This document shows positions 1 through 9,559 of a stretch of 64,000 nt of DNA, in pieces. The stretch spans positions 128,001 to 192,000 of the forward strand of contig OY760937.1 of assembly GCA_963664225.1 (NCBI GenBank), read 5' to 3'. The translations under genes were made by a program, and so were the position numbers. The DNA is from Verrucomicrobiia bacterium (GTDB lineage Bacteria; Verrucomicrobiota; Verrucomicrobiia; Limisphaerales; UBA1319). Below the pieces are notes generated by a model, which was not told where the DNA came from, ran no database searches, and was given only the letters and a program-made list of their open reading frames with translations. Numbering within the stretch: position 1 is the stretch's first letter; each line of letters begins with the position of its first letter.

Positions 1-1317
1 GGTGCGAAGGTCGTTCAATCCCGCGCTGGGAAAACGCATGGGATCGACGCGTTCGGTGCCGACCTTGAGCCAATCGTTGTAGGTGGGCCATAGGGGCGCC
101 TGTCCCACGGCGAAACCGCGACGGCCGAACCGGGCATCGAGCCAGTCCATGAAGGCCTCGCTGTCCTCCGTGCCCAGGGTGTGTTCCCCATGGCGGTAAC
201 GCAGGTTCAGTGAACCCGCAGCGCCCAGGAAGGCATAGACGCGCTGGGCGCCATAGAAGGTTTGCTCGACGGCCCAGACACTTTCCACCGGGTCGTTCAT
301 GGCGGTGGAAATCAGGCAGGGACGCGGAGCGATGCAGGCTATGAGTTCATGCTGGTCTATGGGGAGCTTGTTTTCGCGACCGGCAAAAAACCTCAGTCGG
401 GGATGAAACCAATCGGGAAAGACGCGGGTGAGCATTTCGATGCCTTCGCCGAACTGGGTTTCCGAAAATATGCGGAACGTGCACGCGCCTCCCGCGCCGG
501 AGCTGCTGGAAATGACGGCGGTGATGCGATCGTCCAACGCGGCGGCGATGAGGGAGGTTTTGCCGTTGCGGGAATGTCCCGCCAGGGCGATGCGCGCGCG
601 GTCCACGAAGGGGAGGGTCTGGAGGTAATCGACGCACCGGCTGGCGGCCCATGCCCTGCGGGTGAGTTTGGACCAGTCGGACTTGGGCCAGACATCGGCG
701 AATGCACCCGTATCGTCCAGGGAATCCGCGCCCGCATAGATGCAACCGATGTAGCCGCGGCTGACGGCCACCAAGGCCCAGGGCCGATGGTTATCTTGTG
801 TGATGAACACGGGGAAGGGACCTGGTCCGGGCGGCACGATGAGCTGGATGTTCAGTTTGGCGCGGTGTTCGGGGCCGAACTCAAGGGTGATGCCCTGAAT
901 GCGGATGTCGCCTTCCACGCGGGAATTGAGGTTGGCGGCGCGCACGTTGTCGGGCGCGGGAGGAACATGGCCCAGGGTGTAGAATTGAAAGAGATCAAGC
1001 AATTGAGCGCGGCGCCGGGTCCAGTCGCTGCGGCTTTTAGCCAGGGTTCCGTCGGAAAAGAGGAAGGGATCGGGGAGTTCAGGCACTCCCGGAAAATTGC
1101 CGAAGTCGGGAGGCTGCGCGCCGGTGTCCTTGAGCCATTTTTCCCAGGGTCCGCTGGGGGGAAGCATGTGCAGGAGGTCGTCCAGGGCCGGGCTGGCGTT
1201 GGTGATGCCGGCGGCGGCCGAGAGGGAAAGCGGCGGCTGCGCGGGCTGGGCCGGCGAGGTTGGCGCGGTAGCCATGATCGTCAGGATTGCTGACAAAAGG
1301 ATGTGGAAAATGTTCAT
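1..1317 (-). CDS. Secreted alpha/beta-hydrolase, CE15 glucuronoyl-esterase-like (3' end runs off the window; absent from the ORF track)
   Basis: Manual translation from the minus-strand ATG at 1317 gives MNIFHILLSAILTIMATAP (signal peptide), then ELPDPFLFSDG..DWTRRRAQL, and the nucleophile motif IALAGHSRNGKTSLIAAALDDRI, matching CE15 G-x-S-R-x-G-K. Confidence 0.8.
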   Translation of the reverse strand, partial: MNIFHILLSAILTIMATAPTSPAQPAQPPLSLSAAAGITNASPALDDLLHMLPPSGPWEKWLKDTGAQPPDFGNFPGVPELPDPFLFSDGTLAKSRSDWTRRRAQLLDLFQFYTLGHVPPAPDNVRAANLNSRVEGDIRIQGITLEFGPEHRAKLNIQLIVPPGPGPFPVFITQDNHRPWALVAVSRGYIGCIYAGADSLDDTGAFADVWPKSDWSKLTRRAWAASRCVDYLQTLPFVDRARIALAGHSRNGKTSLIAAALDDRITAVISSSSGAGGACTFRIFSETQFGEGIEMLTRVFPDWFHPRLRFFAGRENKLPIDQHELIACIAPRPCLISTAMNDPVESVWAVEQTFYGAQRVYAFLGAAGSLNLRYRHGEHTLGTEDSEAFMDWLDARFGRRGFAVGQAPLWPTYNDWLKVGTERVDPMRFPSAGLNDLRT

Positions 1318-1624
1318 GCGCAATTGCGGGCCTTTATTAAACCGCATCATCCCACGCCGCAACCTCAATTCTTTCAGGCTGACTCACGAAAAAACAATTG
1401 AGTGACCGCCTAAAAAAGCGCTAGAATCAGGTGTGTGATCGATCGGATCGGCACGCAATGGCGCGCTGGGAGTGGATCGGAATCATAAAGGCCGAAGACA
1501 CAGGATTGAGCCAGGACCTGCAAATGCGTTATCGAGCCACCACAGTGAATGTGTTAAGAATGGCTGTAATCCAGACGCGCAGAAGGAGGCGGACAAGGAC
1601 TTTAAGCGCTTAAATCATTAATTT

Positions 1625-1945
1625 ATGTCAATGCAGGATTAGAAAGACATTTGGGTCAAAGCCGGACGACCAACTGTGTGGGAGTATTTAATGGTCTCGG
1701 CATCAGCCTTCGTGGTTATCATTTCAGTTATTGAGCTGCTAGATTCCTATCAGAATGTCACTAATTTTGTAAATATTCCAGCAGATGTTGTTGGACAGAA
1801 GATACACAGTTGTGCCAAGGACTTACGAATAGATTGGATATTCTCCGTGGTTGCTGCATCCGTTCTCGTTCCCAGTATCTCGAAAATATGGGCTGTGTTC
1901 AAACAACCGACGCAAACTGATAAAGGCTGCGGAGGCGGCGGCTAA
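1625..1945 (+). pseudogene. Small membrane protein, probably interrupted (in-frame TAG at 1640-1642)
   Basis: ATG TCA ATG CAG GAT TAG AAA GAC ATT TGG is in frame with ORF 1676..1945, which has two hydrophobic segments; region is AT-rich. Confidence 0.4.
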
Positions 1946-2111
1946 GGCGCAAGACTCGACCGTATCATCCAGTTGCACTCCCAGCAAATGACCTCATCAA
2001 CGGGGGCGACCATGGATCGGTTTGTTTATGATGATTATAGACGGCAAGAACCCCGAAAACGAAAAGCCAAATCGAGGCCAAAGTAGCGACACGAAACCAT
2101 TAGGGCGTGAT

Positions 2112-2498
2112 ATGCAATATTCGGAGATCGAAAATAAAAACTTAATTTTTGATTATTTTGGTGACTGGCCGTCTTTTCATGATTTTGAAATCCAACGACT
2201 GGTATTAGACAGAGGGGAAGTTGTCAACGGGGACGATCCGTCCCTATATATTCAGGTTGTCGGCTCTCGAGGCAAAAAATCCACAGCTTATCCCAATCCT
2301 GATGGCTGCATCATAGAATTGCGATTTGAAAGCATCGAGAATGTTCGACTTGCTGGATTTAATCACCAGAACGCCATTAATGATATAAATATCCAGCGTG
2401 TTCAGGATGTCCTGAAAGTAAAAATTCTAGGCGCGTATGGAGTTGATGGAGAATTTGAATGCAAGTCCGTAAGGGTTGAATCTCTCAAATCACGATGA
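2112..2498 (+). CDS. Imm50-family immunity protein (orphan)
   Basis: FGDWPSFHDFEI..LVLDR and LAGFNHQNAINDINI resemble Immunity protein 50; AT-rich codons. Confidence 0.75.
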   Translation: MQYSEIENKNLIFDYFGDWPSFHDFEIQRLVLDRGEVVNGDDPSLYIQVVGSRGKKSTAYPNPDGCIIELRFESIENVRLAGFNHQNAINDINIQRVQDVLKVKILGAYGVDGEFECKSVRVESLKSR

Positions 2499-2646
2499 AA
2501 AGGCGCAAGAGCGCATACAAAGGGCCAGGCATGCCAGTGAGATGACATGAAGTTTCTTCATGGGCGATTGCGCTCCTTTTTTAAACCGCGGCATCCCTGG
2601 TCGCAATCTCAATCCAAGATCCGAATGGGATAGGCGTGTTTTTGTA

Positions 2647-2751
2647 TGGAGTCCCGGTTTTAGCCGGTGGGACTGCCGCAGCGGGCGGGGGCTCGAAGAG
2701 TTTTACGCGTCTTTCGTTTCCCGCATCATTCCGCCTGAAGGCGGGACTCCA
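2647..2751. repeat. Inverted pair of REP-like palindromes (REPIN-like doublet)
   Basis: TGGAGTCCCGGTTTTAGCCGG (2647-2667) faces CCGCCTGAAGGCGGGACTCCA (2731-2751); each has an internal hairpin. Confidence 0.6.
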
Positions 2752-2858
2752 AACCCAGAGCGCGCATTGGAGGCTACGGTAATTCGCCCTTTCGGGCTGT
2801 GTTTTAATCTTTGGACAAAACGAGTGCGTGGGTGTTTGATATGCGGCTGCATTGTACT

Positions 2859-4313
2859 ATGGAAGACAGCAATTCGTTATTTGAACAAAGAAAAGCCAAG
2901 CTGGCCGCCATGCGCGCCCGCGGGGTCAATCCGTTTGCCAATAAATTCACGCCGACTGAGTCGTGCGCCCAGGCCCGCGCCAATTACGCGGAGGGCCGCG
3001 AGGTGTCGGTGGCCGGACGCATTACGGCGCATCGGGACATGGGCAAAACCCATTTCATCGATGTCCGCGACCAGAGCGGTCGGCTCCAGGTGTATGCGCA
3101 GAAGCAACTCCTGGGCGATGAGCCGTTCGAGGTGTTCAAGCTGCTGGACCTGGGAGATTTCATCGGGGCGCGCGGGACGCTTTTCACGACTAAAACGGGG
3201 GAAATCTCGGTTAAGTTGCATTCGTTTGTCGTGCTGTCCAAGTCGCTGCTGCCGCCGCCTGAGAAATGGCATGGGCTGGCCGATACGGAAACGCGCTACC
3301 GCCAGCGCTATCTGGACCTGATGTCGAACGAGGATGTTCGCGCGGTATTCGTCAAGCGGAGCCGGATTCTGCACGAGATACGCGATTTCTTCCATCAGCG
3401 GGATTACATGGAGGTGGAGACGCCGATGATGCAGCCGATACCGGGGGGAGCCGCGGCGCAGCCGTTCGTCACGCATCACAACAGCCTGGGCTGCAATTTT
3501 TATCTGCGCATCGCGCTGGAGCTTTATTTGAAGCGACTGCTGGTGGGCGGATTTGACCGGGTGTTCGAGATCGGACGCAATTTTCGCAATGAGGGCCTTT
3601 CCCGGCGTCACAATCCTGAGTTCACCATGCTGGAGGCGTATCAGGCGTATGGGGATTATGAGTCGATGATGGAATTGACGCAGTCCCTGATCTGCCATGT
3701 GGCGGAAAAGGTTCTGGGAACGCTGAAGATCGAGCACAAGGACGCCGAGGGCAAATTGATTCACACGATTGACCTGACAGCACCCTGGAAGCGGGTGCGT
3801 TACAAGGATCTCGTTTGCGGCAAGGCGGGCGCGGATTGGTTTGAATTAACGCCCGAACAGCGCAAGACCAAGGCGACGGCCCTGGGCGCTGAAATCGGTC
3901 CCGGTTACGAGGACTTTGAGGTGACCAACGCGGTGTATGAGAAATTGATCGAGCCAACGCTCATTCAACCGACGTTTGTCACGCACCTGCCCAAGCAACT
4001 CGTGCCGCTGGCGAAGCTCGCTCCTGAGGATCCGTCGCTGGTCGAGGTGTTCGAATGCTGCATCAACGGGCAGGAGATCGCTCCCGGTTATTCGGAGCAG
4101 AACGACGCCGTGGAGCAGCGTGAACGGCTGGAACATCAGGCGGGTGGCGAACAGCAGAAGCTGGATGAGGATTTCCTGGTGGCCCTGGAACACGGGATGC
4201 CGCCTGCGGGAGGCATTGGAATCGGAATCGACCGTCTGTGCATGATGCTCCTGGGGCAGGAAACCATCCGGGACGTCATCCTTTTCCCGCAATTAAAGCC
4301 AAAGCAGGATTAG
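2859..4313 (+). CDS. lysS: Lysyl-tRNA synthetase, class II
   Basis: OB anticodon domain, RYRQRYLDL, GGAAAQPFVTHHN, FRNEG..HNPEFTMLEAY, GMPPAGGIGIGIDRL. Confidence 0.97.
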   Translation: MEDSNSLFEQRKAKLAAMRARGVNPFANKFTPTESCAQARANYAEGREVSVAGRITAHRDMGKTHFIDVRDQSGRLQVYAQKQLLGDEPFEVFKLLDLGDFIGARGTLFTTKTGEISVKLHSFVVLSKSLLPPPEKWHGLADTETRYRQRYLDLMSNEDVRAVFVKRSRILHEIRDFFHQRDYMEVETPMMQPIPGGAAAQPFVTHHNSLGCNFYLRIALELYLKRLLVGGFDRVFEIGRNFRNEGLSRRHNPEFTMLEAYQAYGDYESMMELTQSLICHVAEKVLGTLKIEHKDAEGKLIHTIDLTAPWKRVRYKDLVCGKAGADWFELTPEQRKTKATALGAEIGPGYEDFEVTNAVYEKLIEPTLIQPTFVTHLPKQLVPLAKLAPEDPSLVEVFECCINGQEIAPGYSEQNDAVEQRERLEHQAGGEQQKLDEDFLVALEHGMPPAGGIGIGIDRLCMMLLGQETIRDVILFPQLKPKQD

Positions 4314-4335
4314 GGATTCGGAGGAGATTTTAACG

Positions 4336-4378
4336 GGTCGATTTGGAGCCTGATTAAAAGCAGAACTCCAAATCGACC
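4336..4378. terminator. Hairpin between convergent genes (likely bidirectional terminator)
   Basis: GGTCGATTTGGAG / CTCCAAATCGACC perfect 13-bp inverted repeat. Confidence 0.55.
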
Positions 4379-4404
4379 TTATTCTCGAACAGGCCCCGGG
4401 ACAC

Positions 4405-5199
4405 TTACTGGGGCCTGTATTGTAATTTGGCTTCGGGCAGCCAGGTCTGGAGTTGGGCGATGCGCGCATCGTCCAGGGGGTGGGTTCGCAGGAACCAAGG
4501 GGTTGTGCTGCCGCTCTGTTTGTTGAACGCGGCAAAGCGTTGCCAAAATGCGACCGCCGCTTCAGGCGGATAGCCTGCCTGGGCCATATAGACGAGCCCA
4601 ATATGATCGGCCTCGGATTCCTGGCTGCGGCTGTGGGGCAGGGCGATCCCCACCTGTGTGCCTGTTCCATAGACCTGGGTGGCCATGGCGAGAACCTTGG
4701 GATCCGCCTTGAAGATGCCGGAGCCGATGAGCTCGCTTCCGCCGTTGATGATGAGCTGCTCGCTCATGCGCTCCGCACCGTGGCGCGCGATGGCGTGGGC
4801 AACCTCGTGGCCAATGACCGTGGCCAGACCCGCCTCGTCCTTCGTGATGGGCAGGATGCCGGTATAAACGCCGACTTTTCCACCCGGCAGACAAAAGGCG
4901 TTGGCTTCCGGGCTTTCAAAAACGACAAATTCCCACTGGGCGCCCGGGAGGTTGGCAACGGCTGCAATCCGACCCCCGACTTTTTGGACCAGTGCATTGA
5001 TGGCCGGGTCGTGGTTGATGGGGGTGTTCGTTTTCATCTCGTTGAAACTGGTCATGCCCAGTTCCATTTCCTGCCCGGCGGGGATGAAGTTCATCTGCCG
5101 CCGACCGGTCACAGGCACGGTATTGCAGGCGGTGAGAATCACTCCAAAAACGACCATGATCGCCAGGGCGCGACGCGCCTCCAAAATGAATTTCGTCAT
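4405..5199 (-). CDS. M48 family zinc metallopeptidase lipoprotein
   Basis: Lipobox LTAC, NAFCLPGGKV, HEVAH, SRSQESEAD, LRTHP. Confidence 0.93.
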   Translation of the reverse strand: MTKFILEARRALAIMVVFGVILTACNTVPVTGRRQMNFIPAGQEMELGMTSFNEMKTNTPINHDPAINALVQKVGGRIAAVANLPGAQWEFVVFESPEANAFCLPGGKVGVYTGILPITKDEAGLATVIGHEVAHAIARHGAERMSEQLIINGGSELIGSGIFKADPKVLAMATQVYGTGTQVGIALPHSRSQESEADHIGLVYMAQAGYPPEAAVAFWQRFAAFNKQSGSTTPWFLRTHPLDDARIAQLQTWLPEAKLQYRPQ

Positions 5200-5648
5200 A
5201 CGCTATGAATACATAAACCGGGGAAAAAATCAAGGTTCGTAAGTGAGTTTTGGGGTTTTCCTGGCCGAATAAAATCAGGGCACTGGCGATCGTGTTATTT
5301 TTTGGCGTCGCGGCAAATTGGTGGTTGCCGGTGAATTGGAGATCGGAACCCAGGCGGTCGATTGTCCTGTCGGCTTGTTAGTTCCAGCAGTTCACGGGAT
5401 TCGAATCTTGGCGGCTTTCCCCGGCAACCCGCTGCGGGTTTGTGGCGAAGACCATGCAATCCATTCGTCAAACGATGGAATGGACTTTCAGTTTTTGAAA
5501 TGGTTGCGGCGATTGGCCGGTGTCGGAAGTCCAGGCTGGCAGGACGCCACGTTGTTGGCGCTGCAAACGGGAATAAACACATCCGACCTTTCCAAATCAT
5601 GGAATTACGGCTTGCATTCAATAATTAACCCGACATAAATACCACATC

Positions 5649-8600
5649 ATGAACAGAATATCGATGATTATTCTGCGGTGCTTTCCAATAGTGAGCTTCT
5701 TTCGCATAACTCGACATCCTTCTGTTGCGCGATGGGTCGCCATCTCAATGGTCCTCGTTTTGTCAGCTCTGTTGAATTCAGTGACCGCAGCAACCTTCGG
5801 TGATTACACTTACACGACAAAAGACATATATGCGACCATCACCAAGTACAACGGTCCTGGTGGTGACGTGACCATACCAGCCACTATCGAAGGCAAACCA
5901 GTCATCAACATCTGGTCTAGTGCGTTTGCTTCAAAACCCAATTTGACAAGCGTAACCATACCCTTCGGTGTTATGGCAATCTGGACTGGCGCGTTCTCTG
6001 ATTGCAGCGGGCTGACGAATGTGCTGATGCCTGACAGCATAACGAATATAAATACGAAGGCGTTTTTCAATTGCAGGAAACTGACAAGCGTCAGAATACC
6101 CAACGGCGTTACCAGCATCGGGACTGAAGTGTTCTCTGGCTGCAGCAGCCTGACAAACGTCATTATACCCGCAAGCCTTGGCAGCCTCAACGATAAGACG
6201 TTCTATGGCTGCAGATCTCTCCCGGAGATCATAATTCCAAACTCCGTCACCAACCTTGGGTCTTCTGCGTTCAATGGTTGCACAAACCTGACGAGTGTCA
6301 CCGTCTCCAAAGGACTCAGGAGTATGGGGATTTACACATTTTCCGGTTGCACAAGCCTTACAAACATTATCATTCCAAATAATGTCGTGGACATGGGGAG
6401 TTATACTTTCTATAACTGCGTGAGTCTCGCTGACGTTGCGATTCCCATGAATATCACCAGCTTCGGATGGTCTGTGTTCGGCAACTGCAGTGCTTTGACC
6501 AATTTAACGATCCCCAATGGTGTTACCAACATCGGGCCAAATGCATTCTCTGGCTGTACCGGACTTGCGAACATCACGATCCCCAGTGGCATCGCCAACA
6601 TTGGAAACAATATTTTCTCCGGATGCGCCGGTCTGACGAATGTCACGATTTCCTATGGCGTCACCAACCTCGGAGATTCTTCGTTCTCTGATTGTTCTGG
6701 TCTGACGAGCGTCACCATCCCCAGAAGCGTGACCAGTCTCGGGCCGAATGCGTTCTCTGGATGCACCAATCTTGAGAGTGTGTATTTTGCAGGGAATGCG
6801 CCTTCATTGGCTTCTGAGAATACATTCGAAAATGCAAACCAGGCAACAGTTTATTACCGTGCGGAAACCACGGGCTGGGGGTCCTCGTATGCTGGTCGAC
6901 CAACCATGCGATGGATAATCCATTATGAAAGCCAGTTTGCATGGCAAACAAACGAATCGACAATCACCATTACGGGTTACATTGGTGCGGACGGAGACGT
7001 AATCATCCCAAATGAGATCAATGGACTTGCCGTATCCAACATCGGAAACCAGGCGTTTGTGGGGCGGACCAATCTAACGAGCATCCTCATTCCCACCGGC
7101 ATCACCAATTTGGGAGCGTATGCGTTCCAAAGCTGCACCGCGCTCGCGAATGTCACAATTCCCGAGAGTGTCACAACGATTGGACAAAGTCCTTTTAGTG
7201 GTTGCACAGGGCTGAAGACCATCCTGGTGGAGGCGGGAAATAGCAATTATTCCAGCTTGGATGGCGTCTTGTTCAACAAGGACCAGAGGACTCTCATTCA
7301 ATGCCCGGGAGGCAAAACTGCAAGCTATACAATCCCCACCAATGTCATCAGCATCGAAGCAAACGCGTTTTCGTATTGCGCAAACCTGGTCAACATTACG
7401 ATCCCCAACACGGTAACGAACATTGGAAATTCTGCATTCAATAGCTGCACCAATCTGGCGAGTATATATTTTGAGGGCAACGCCCCAACATTCGCACCTG
7501 ATGATCTGTTTTCCAATGCCAGCCACGCTACGGTTTATTACCACCCCGGAATGACAGGCTGGCTGTCAACTTTCGCAGGCCGACCTGCCATGCAATTGAT
7601 TGGCCCTAATGATGGCGATTTTCCATGGCAGCAAATTGGCACAACAATTCACATTGTCGGTTACAATGGTCCTCGAGGGACTGTTACCATCCCTAATGAA
7701 ATCAATGGGTTACCAGTTACCAGCATTGAAGCTTCCGCTTTCTATGGAAATACGAATTTGATGGTGGTCACAATCCCCAACGGCGTCACCAACATCGGAC
7801 CAAGGGCTTTCTTTGGCTGTTACAACCTTATGAGTGTTGCAATCCCGCGCAGCGTCGTCACTATCGGATATTCTCAATTTGGTCGGTGCATAGGATTGAC
7901 GAATATCATGGTGGACTTGCTCAATCCGACATACAGCAGCATTGACGGCGTTTTGTTCAACAAGAACGCAACGACCCTCCTTCAAGTGCCAGAAGGCAAG
8001 ATGGGAAGTTATACGATCCCCGATGGCGTCCGAATCATCAGCGATAGCGCGTTCTTTGATTGCACCGGTCTGACGAACATAACCATACCCACCAGCACGA
8101 CCACTTTCAGATATTATGCGTTTTATGGATGCACAGGCCTGACAGAAATCATGCTCCCCAAAAGCGTCATAAGCATTCTGTCTGATGCATTCACTGATTG
8201 CAAACACTTAACAGCCATCACTGTGGACAACGACAATCCAGCATTCAGTAGCCTGGATGGCGTCCTGTTCAACAAGAACCAGACATCGGTTGTTCAATAT
8301 CCACCCGGCAAGATTGGAAGCTACATAATTCCCAACGGTGTCACCAGCCTCGCAGATAGTTCGTTTGCTTTTCGATACAACCTCACGAGTGTTATAATGC
8401 CCAACAGTCTCACCAACATCGGGTGGGGCGCGTTCGAAGGATGCAGCAGCTTTACGAATATCACCATTCCCAATAGCGTCACAATGATTCAGCATCGCGC
8501 GTTTCAAAGCTGCGCCAAACTGACGGAAATCCGCATTCCCGGCAGCGTTAAAGTCATTCAATCTGACGCGTTCTCCTATTGTAGAACCATGACGAATATC

Positions 8601-9455
8601 ACAGTGGACCCACTCAATGAAGTTTATAGCAGCAAAGATGGTGTTTTGCTCAGTAAAGACCAGACGATCCAGATTGAAATTCCGGAAGGCACAACTGGAA
8701 GTTTCACAATCCCCAATGGAATCACATTCATCGCGGGTTCAGCGTTCGACAGATGCATGGGCATCACTGGCGTGACAATTCCTGACAGCGTCATAGAAAT
8801 CGGAACTTCAGCGTTTTCTTATTGCGCAGGGCTGACGAACATAACGATTCCCAAGAGCGTCAGGTTCATTGGTGCTTCTGTGTTTAATTGCTGCAGCAAC
8901 CTGCAGAGCGTGTTTTTTGAAGGGGTTGGGCCAAAACCCGAGCCGGATAATCTGTTTACAGCGGCTCCCAATGTGACCGTGTATTATCGGCCTGAAACGA
9001 CTGGCTGGGGCACCACCTATGCAGGGCGTCCGACCGCGCTTTGGGTCGAACAAACCCCTTTTCAGCAATGGGCACAAACGTGCGGGTTGCTGGATAAGTT
9101 TCCTAATGCCAGTGGAGAAACGGATGACGCCGACCACGATGGCATGAGCAACCTGGCCGAGATGCAGGCAGGCACGGACCCCACCACAGCAGCCTCGGCT
9201 TTGAAATTTGAACGCGCATCCCGACTTGCTGATCTGACAGACGATGACAAAACCGCCATTGGGTCGGATCAACACGCCCTCTATTTCCAGGCTGTGCCGG
9301 GTAAGAAATACGGAATCCAGAGATTAACCGCAATTGGTGGTATTGTTGGTGTTTGGCAGACCGAAACAAACGTTACCGCGACCACCACTCAAAAGCGCGT
9401 TTTGGTCAATAGGCCAACCGATCAAGGATTCTACCGTGCGGTTCTGGTGCCATAA
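5649..9455 (+). CDS. BspA-like leucine-rich-repeat (LRR_5) surface protein with C-terminal DxDxDG and FYR domain
   Basis: Dozens of LTSVTIPNSVTSIGxxAFSGC-type repeats in three modules; C-terminal DADHDGMSNLAEMQAGTDP..GFYRAVLVP. Confidence 0.9.
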   Translation: MNRISMIILRCFPIVSFFRITRHPSVARWVAISMVLVLSALLNSVTAATFGDYTYTTKDIYATITKYNGPGGDVTIPATIEGKPVINIWSSAFASKPNLTSVTIPFGVMAIWTGAFSDCSGLTNVLMPDSITNINTKAFFNCRKLTSVRIPNGVTSIGTEVFSGCSSLTNVIIPASLGSLNDKTFYGCRSLPEIIIPNSVTNLGSSAFNGCTNLTSVTVSKGLRSMGIYTFSGCTSLTNIIIPNNVVDMGSYTFYNCVSLADVAIPMNITSFGWSVFGNCSALTNLTIPNGVTNIGPNAFSGCTGLANITIPSGIANIGNNIFSGCAGLTNVTISYGVTNLGDSSFSDCSGLTSVTIPRSVTSLGPNAFSGCTNLESVYFAGNAPSLASENTFENANQATVYYRAETTGWGSSYAGRPTMRWIIHYESQFAWQTNESTITITGYIGADGDVIIPNEINGLAVSNIGNQAFVGRTNLTSILIPTGITNLGAYAFQSCTALANVTIPESVTTIGQSPFSGCTGLKTILVEAGNSNYSSLDGVLFNKDQRTLIQCPGGKTASYTIPTNVISIEANAFSYCANLVNITIPNTVTNIGNSAFNSCTNLASIYFEGNAPTFAPDDLFSNASHATVYYHPGMTGWLSTFAGRPAMQLIGPNDGDFPWQQIGTTIHIVGYNGPRGTVTIPNEINGLPVTSIEASAFYGNTNLMVVTIPNGVTNIGPRAFFGCYNLMSVAIPRSVVTIGYSQFGRCIGLTNIMVDLLNPTYSSIDGVLFNKNATTLLQVPEGKMGSYTIPDGVRIISDSAFFDCTGLTNITIPTSTTTFRYYAFYGCTGLTEIMLPKSVISILSDAFTDCKHLTAITVDNDNPAFSSLDGVLFNKNQTSVVQYPPGKIGSYIIPNGVTSLADSSFAFRYNLTSVIMPNSLTNIGWGAFEGCSSFTNITIPNSVTMIQHRAFQSCAKLTEIRIPGSVKVIQSDAFSYCRTMTNITVDPLNEVYSSKDGVLLSKDQTIQIEIPEGTTGSFTIPNGITFIAGSAFDRCMGITGVTIPDSVIEIGTSAFSYCAGLTNITIPKSVRFIGASVFNCCSNLQSVFFEGVGPKPEPDNLFTAAPNVTVYYRPETTGWGTTYAGRPTALWVEQTPFQQWAQTCGLLDKFPNASGETDDADHDGMSNLAEMQAGTDPTTAASALKFERASRLADLTDDDKTAIGSDQHALYFQAVPGKKYGIQRLTAIGGIVGVWQTETNVTATTTQKRVLVNRPTDQGFYRAVLVP

Positions 9456-9559
9456 GGCATTTCGTTTTAAAGTAATTCTTCGATTCGAGAAGATACTTAA
9501 CCTGCAACCGGTGGATTTCAATGGGTGACAAAGTGACGATATTTTGACAGGGTCTTCTT

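Noticed and set aside
262..1293. 343-aa plus-strand ORF
   Set aside because: Antisense shadow of the minus-strand CE15-like gene, which carries recognisable motifs.
1640..1642. Amber readthrough or recoding at the in-frame TAG
   Set aside because: TAG is used as a normal stop elsewhere (lysS, GH16, GH2), so a nonsense mutation in a decaying islet is simpler.
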